DNA of 35,343 bases from Minisyncoccota bacterium. GTDB lineage: Bacteria > Patescibacteriota > Minisyncoccia > Phycocordibacterales > SW-6-46-9. The notes below the pieces were generated by a model. The model was not told where the DNA came from. It was given only the letters and a program-made list of their open reading frames with translations, and did not search any database. Position numbers and translations under genes: made by a program. The stretch covers positions 1 to 35,343 of the forward strand of contig JBBDUH010000041.1 in NCBI GenBank assembly GCA_040904005.1. The letters run 5' to 3'. The first letter of the stretch is position 1. Each line of letters starts with the position of its first letter. Shown here one piece after another: positions 31,513-35,343 of this stretch.

Positions 31513-32343
31513 ATGTCTTTAGACTACATCGATGCCCATGCACATCTCAACTTTGACGCCTTCGACTTCGACCGAGCGGAGGTAATTGCTGATATGCACG
31601 AAGAGGGAGTGGGAGCGATAAATATCGGTATTGATGTCGCTACAAGTGCAGAGTCAATCGCGTTGGCCAAGGAGAATAAGCACATCTGGGCGTCGGTTGG
31701 CTGCCACCCGACCGAGGTAAGAAAGGATTTCTCTACCCAGCCCTTTCTGGACATGATAAAAGAAGATAAGCAAAGTTGTGCAACACTCGGTGTTGCACAA
31801 AGGGTGGTGGCGGTCGGTGAGTGTGGGCTTGATTACTTTCGCGCCACTAATCGCGATGCCGATAATCAGAGGCTTCAGCGCGAGGCGTTTGCCGCCCAGA
31901 TAGAGCTGGCTCTCATAGAGGACCTACCGCTCATCCTTCATCTGCGCCCACAGGAAGGCAGTATGGATGCCTACAAGGAGGGGTTGGATATTCTTGAGTA
32001 CTACAGCCGCGATCATGGCGATAAGCTCCGCGGCACCGCCCACTTCTTTGTTGGTGATGAAGATATCGCCCGTCGCTTCCTTGATCTCGATTTTTATATC
32101 TCTGCTACTGGTGTTGTCACCATCAGTGAATCCATCGCCCGAGTGTTTGCTGGTATCCCGATCGGCCGTCTTCTGGTCGAAACTGACGCACCCTTCGCAG
32201 CGCCGCTGCCACACCGCGGTCAGCGCAACGAACCGGCCTATGTAAGGCACATAACGGCCTATCTTGCTGATTTAAAGGGCATTTCCTCCACAAAACTAGC
32301 TGAGACCCTTCTTTCCAACACACAGCGCTTATTTGCGCTCTAA
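31513..32343 (+). CDS. tatD: TatD-family metal-dependent hydrolase/DNase
   Basis: YIDAHAHLNF start motif, GECGLDYF, LILHLR and ETDAPF. ATG 31513 is preferred to the 31414 ORF start. Confidence 0.85.
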   Translation: MSLDYIDAHAHLNFDAFDFDRAEVIADMHEEGVGAINIGIDVATSAESIALAKENKHIWASVGCHPTEVRKDFSTQPFLDMIKEDKQSCATLGVAQRVVAVGECGLDYFRATNRDADNQRLQREAFAAQIELALIEDLPLILHLRPQEGSMDAYKEGLDILEYYSRDHGDKLRGTAHFFVGDEDIARRFLDLDFYISATGVVTISESIARVFAGIPIGRLLVETDAPFAAPLPHRGQRNEPAYVRHITAYLADLKGISSTKLAETLLSNTQRLFAL

Positions 32344-32357
32344 ATCGTCGATTTTAC

Positions 32358-32386
32358 TTGCGAACGAGTAGCGAAAGTGGTACGCT
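32358..32386 (+). promoter_or_regulatory. Candidate promoter TTGCGA-17-(TGg)TACGCT ending 6 nt before the rpsF ATG
   Basis: Spacing and the extended -10 TG are read directly from the sequence. Confidence 0.35.
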
Positions 32387-32392
32387 ACGCGC

Positions 32393-32779
32393 ATGGCAAA
32401 CACAGACACAAATGAACGCACAAATTTCTATGAGATTGGTTATTTACTCGCCCCAACTATTCCCGAGGGCGAGGTGATGGCCGCCGAAGTAGATTTCCAC
32501 AGCAAGATTACATCAAGCGGTGGTGATATCCAGGCTTCAGAATCTCCGGAAATGCGTGAGCTTTCTTATGAAATTGAGGTAAAGGATGAAGGAGAAAAAC
32601 ACTCCTTTAGTAGTGGTCAGTTTGGCTGGGTGCAGTTCTCGCTTGACCCTGAGAACCTTGACGCTGTTGAATCCATTTTTGTAAAAAACGAAGATGTGAT
32701 CCGTCATCTCTTGGTAACTGTTGATAAAGAGAACATTGGTGTAAAGCCAGCCCAGCAGGAAACCACCAAAGAGGAGTAA
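32393..32779 (+). CDS. rpsF: 30S ribosomal protein S6
   Basis: NFYEIGYLLAP...RELSYEI pattern, with the rpsF-ssb-rpsR context. Confidence 0.8.
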   Translation: MANTDTNERTNFYEIGYLLAPTIPEGEVMAAEVDFHSKITSSGGDIQASESPEMRELSYEIEVKDEGEKHSFSSGQFGWVQFSLDPENLDAVESIFVKNEDVIRHLLVTVDKENIGVKPAQQETTKEE

Positions 32780-32875
32780 TGATTCTCTTCATTGTCTAGC
32801 AGTTTTTTGTGCGACAATAGAGTCGTACTTAAAGACTTTAGTAACAACGCTTTCTCACTTATTATAAAAAGCTAG

Positions 32876-32917
32876 AAAGTTTATCGCGTTCGACGCGACC
32901 TATAACCTAACAAGCTA
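32876..32917 (+). repeat. Copy 1 of a 42-nt upstream element (before ssb)
   Basis: aaagtttatcgcgttcgacgcgacctataacctaacaagcta differs at one position from the copy at 33640-33681. It contains the palindrome tcgcgt-tcg-acgcga. Confidence 0.85.
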
Positions 32918-32924
32918 ACTCAAT

Positions 32925-33368
32925 ATGTATCTAAACAAAGCGATGATAATTGGAAATCTTACGCGTGACCCAGAGCTCAAGAGTCTGCCGAGTGGTACTC
33001 CGGTCTGCAACTTTTCAGTCGCCACCAACCGCTACTACAACGATAGCGATGGCAACCGCCAGGAGGATACAAACTTCCACAACATTGTTGTCTTTGGTCG
33101 GCAGGCCGAGACCACAGCGCAGTATCTTACCAAGGGCTCTATGGCGCTGATTGAGGGCCGTATTCAGACTCGCAGCTGGGAGGGAGACGATGGTAAGCGC
33201 AATTACCGCACCGAGATTGTGGCCGACAGTATTCAGTTTGGTCCGCGTGGTAGCGAAAGTGGTGGAGGGTCTTACAACCAAACCAAGGCCAACAAGAATG
33301 ATGACTCTAACCAGGAGATTGATTATCCGGATGATGAGGACATCACACCAGAGGACATCCCCTTCTAA
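32925..33368 (+). CDS. ssb: Single-stranded DNA-binding protein
   Basis: MYLNKAMIIGNLTRDPELK OB start, and an acidic tail ending DIPF. Confidence 0.95.
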   Translation: MYLNKAMIIGNLTRDPELKSLPSGTPVCNFSVATNRYYNDSDGNRQEDTNFHNIVVFGRQAETTAQYLTKGSMALIEGRIQTRSWEGDDGKRNYRTEIVADSIQFGPRGSESGGGSYNQTKANKNDDSNQEIDYPDDEDITPEDIPF

Positions 33369-33639
33369 CGCTGTATTTGGCAAATTTCTTTAGAATCTTC
33401 TCCGTAACTTAATCGCGGTATTCTCTCTATACCGCTCATAGCGTTACTCAAAGATTCTGCGAACTTTACGTAAATCCAGGCGCTAGAAGTCTTCGTTCGC
33501 GAACTCCGCACAGATCTAAAGTTTAAAACCAAATCTAAATCCTATACCCTATTTCCTAATTCCTATTGAGCCAGTAGGCGAAATCTGCTAAGCTGATACT
33601 TGTACGTATCTAAAAATTTTAATAAGATCTAATTACTAA

Positions 33640-33681
33640 AAAGTTTATCGCGTTCGACGCGACTTATAACCTAACAAGCTA
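33640..33681 (+). repeat. Copy 2 of the 42-nt upstream element (before rpsR)
   Basis: aaagtttatcgcgttcgacgcgacttataacctaacaagcta. Confidence 0.85.
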
Positions 33682-33685
33682 GAAA

Positions 33686-33883
33686 ATGTCTGATTACTTC
33701 GAAGAGAACCAAATAAATCATATTGACTACAAGGACACCACTACCCTTGAGCGTTTTCTGACCGAGCACGGTCGCATTCAGCATCGTCGCGATACCGGCC
33801 TGACTGCCCGTCACCAGCGCGAGGTAGCCAAAGCTATCAAGCGTGCTCGCTTCATGGCTCTACTCCCGTACGTGGTTCAGTAG
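33686..33883 (+). CDS. rpsR: 30S ribosomal protein S18
   Basis: [50 protein letters not shown]. Confidence 0.9.
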   Translation: MSDYFEENQINHIDYKDTTTLERFLTEHGRIQHRRDTGLTARHQREVAKAIKRARFMALLPYVVQ

Positions 33884-33920
33884 AAAATCTGTATCGTGTA
33901 GCGTATAACGTATAGCTAAC

Positions 33921-33943
33921 ACCGCCAATATCGGCGGTTTTTG
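33921..33943 (+). terminator. Rho-independent terminator after rpsR
   Basis: accgcc-aatatc-ggcggt followed by ttttt. Confidence 0.7.
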
Positions 33944-34009
33944 TAAATAAGTGCCGGAAAACTTTTACGAGCTTTGCTTGTAAAAGTACCGTTGCACGAA
34001 TTTATGTCC

Positions 34010-34069
34010 GAATGATGTCATCGACATGACATCATTCCTGGACGAAGTGTCGATAGACAAATAAATGCC
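34010..34069 (-). repeat. Reverse-complement copy of the 21.4-kb repeat module (12-bp hairpin plus conserved 30-nt flank)
   Basis: acgaagtgtcgatagacaaataaatgcc (34042-34069) compares with the reverse complement of 21425-21453, acgaagtgcagatagacaaataaatggcc. It is preceded by the perfect hairpin gaatgatgtcat-cgac-atgacatcattc. Confidence 0.75.
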
Positions 34070-34129
34070 TAATATTCGCAGTGTTTGCAAAAATTTTGAT
34101 TCTTCTTAGAAGAACATCTCGCCATTTAT

Positions 34130-34157
34130 TTGACAAATAATTACAATGCTGTATTAT
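34130..34157 (+). promoter_or_regulatory. Candidate sigma70-type promoter TTGACA-16-TATTAT inside the right arm of an inverted repeat
   Basis: ttgaca at 34130-34135 and tattat at 34152-34157. About 50 nt upstream of ATG 34208. Confidence 0.45.
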
Positions 34158-34207
34158 TGTTTGCAGAGAAGTTCTTAAAAAATAATCCCAACTCAATCCC
34201 TGATGTT

Positions 34208-34603
34208 ATGAAAAAAGCCCACGGAATTACCCTGTCCTTTGTAACTATCGCCAATATTCTTGTAACATTTTTATTGTTCAGTCACTTACCAGAACAGTTA
34301 GCCACCGTTCTGTCAGTATGGATAGCCGTCGTAGTATTTGCTTGCACTTTATTACTACTAGAGTATTCCGGTGGTATTCTTTCTCAAACGAGAGGGACAG
34401 TTAAAGCTCCTTTCCTCGGGTTAGCTGCAGGGGCATTAATGGTAAGCTCCATAATGTTTCCTTTCGCGTGGATGAGCAATGATATATCAGGATTTACTTT
34501 TCTGACTTACTTGGCCGTTATTGGTGCTATGACCACATACTATCTTCGCAAAGAAGAGAAGTTCGAACACACTCCCACAATTATCTGGGAGCGGGATAAA
34601 TAA
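34208..34603 (+). CDS. Hypothetical integral membrane protein
   Basis: Four hydrophobic segments. ATG 34208 is preferred because the track start TTG 34130 is the TTG of the TTGACA box. Confidence 0.5.
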   Translation: MKKAHGITLSFVTIANILVTFLLFSHLPEQLATVLSVWIAVVVFACTLLLLEYSGGILSQTRGTVKAPFLGLAAGALMVSSIMFPFAWMSNDISGFTFLTYLAVIGAMTTYYLRKEEKFEHTPTIIWERDK

Positions 34604-34620
34604 TTAATTTGTTTCAAAAC

Positions 34621-34659
34621 AAAGCCGGTGCTTACTTCCAAGCACCGGCTTTCTTTATT
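34621..34659 (+). terminator. Rho-independent terminator, copy 1 of a near-identical pair
   Basis: aaagccggtgctt-acttcc-aagcaccggcttt (13-bp stem), then ctttatt. Confidence 0.8.
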
Positions 34660-34742
34660 GACTTTTATTTTTACTAGTGTATCTTTACTTTAAACGCTGT
34701 TTAAAAACTTAATTAAAACTCAAAACCAAAAACAGGAGACAC

Positions 34743-35231
34743 ATGCTTTTTGTTACTTCTTCCGACTCTCCGAAAGGAAGTCAACTATTAACACCAAGAT
34801 CCGATCCATTTTTTAGCGACTGGGCTGTTGCTATTATGGGAGCAATTACCCTGTTCGTTCTTGGATCTGTTCTGCAATTTATTTACCCAGCAGACCCTAG
34901 CAGTAGGACCGAAATTATTGATTTCGTCTCCTTTTTTGCAGCTAATGGTCCCTTGGTAGAATGGTTGGTCGGGGGTATTGTTGCAATTGCTGTGCTTTTC
35001 CCGATAGGTTGGACCACAGTCAGGTCATTTAAGTATAAATATCCTGATAGACGGTTCTACCCGACAATAGGCCACGAAATTCTAATAATTGCCTACCTTG
35101 GGAGTGTTTTCGTTGCTGCATCATCCAAAACACTGTTTACAGTCTCTGGAATGCAAGATATTGCCATTATGTTTTATATCTTTATTCCGGGTCTCGTAAT
35201 ATGTTTTTACCTTCTATATAAAGAGGGTTGA
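34743..35231 (+). CDS. Hypothetical integral membrane protein
   Basis: 162 aa, 4-5 TM. SD aggag 5 nt upstream. TGA stop. Confidence 0.55.
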   Translation: MLFVTSSDSPKGSQLLTPRSDPFFSDWAVAIMGAITLFVLGSVLQFIYPADPSSRTEIIDFVSFFAANGPLVEWLVGGIVAIAVLFPIGWTTVRSFKYKYPDRRFYPTIGHEILIIAYLGSVFVAASSKTLFTVSGMQDIAIMFYIFIPGLVICFYLLYKEG

Positions 35232-35245
35232 GACAGAACATTAAC

Positions 35246-35284
35246 AAAGCCGGTGCTTACTTCTAAGCACCGGCTTTCTCTTTG
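35246..35284 (+). terminator. Rho-independent terminator, copy 2 of the pair
   Basis: aaagccggtgctt-acttct-aagcaccggcttt, identical to 34621-34653 except for one loop base. Confidence 0.8.
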
Positions 35285-35343
35285 ACCAGGATGCAAAACT
35301 TCTCTGAGACCTTAAAGCGAGCGCTACTGTTTTCTTTTTACTT

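Overview
The window starts inside a 23S rRNA gene. The 23S is interrupted by two group I introns, one at helix 69 (L1917) and one at the peptidyl-transferase centre (L2593). It is followed by a structured spacer, 5S rRNA and a terminator. The rest is a compact, mostly plus-strand set of housekeeping genes: a SEDS (FtsW/RodA family) protein, a sugar transferase, secD, secF, secE-nusG-rplK, folA, thyA-like, glyA, argS, ileS, recO, metG, tatD and rpsF-ssb-rpsR. Short AT-richer blocks of orphan genes sit between them. rRNA introns carrying a LAGLIDADG endonuclease, many membrane-anchored orphan proteins and broken operon synteny suggest a CPR/Patescibacteria-like genome; that is inference only. 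Long ORFs are intact under the standard code, and TAA dominates stop-codon use.

The observations I rate highest are:
1. An apparently intact histidine-phosphatase (PGAM-type) domain inserted in-frame in isoleucyl-tRNA synthetase.
2. A tRNA-like cloverleaf on a long helix inside the second 23S intron, enclosed by a perfect 23-bp inverted repeat.
3. A 5.7-kb thymidylate-cycle island (folA, dCMP-deaminase fusion, divergent ThyA, glyA) interleaved with three nucleotidyltransferase or HIT-type proteins.
4. A dispersed repeat family of conserved flanks around hairpins whose stems differ in sequence, present as a tandem array at 21.4-21.7 kb and as a reverse-complement copy at 34.0 kb.
5. A -10-like hexamer 5-8 nt upstream of many core-gene start codons, consistent with leaderless mRNAs, while orphan genes carry Shine-Dalgarno sites.

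No CRISPR array, transposase, integrase or recognisable defence gene was seen. All family assignments come from motif reading by eye. No database search was run.
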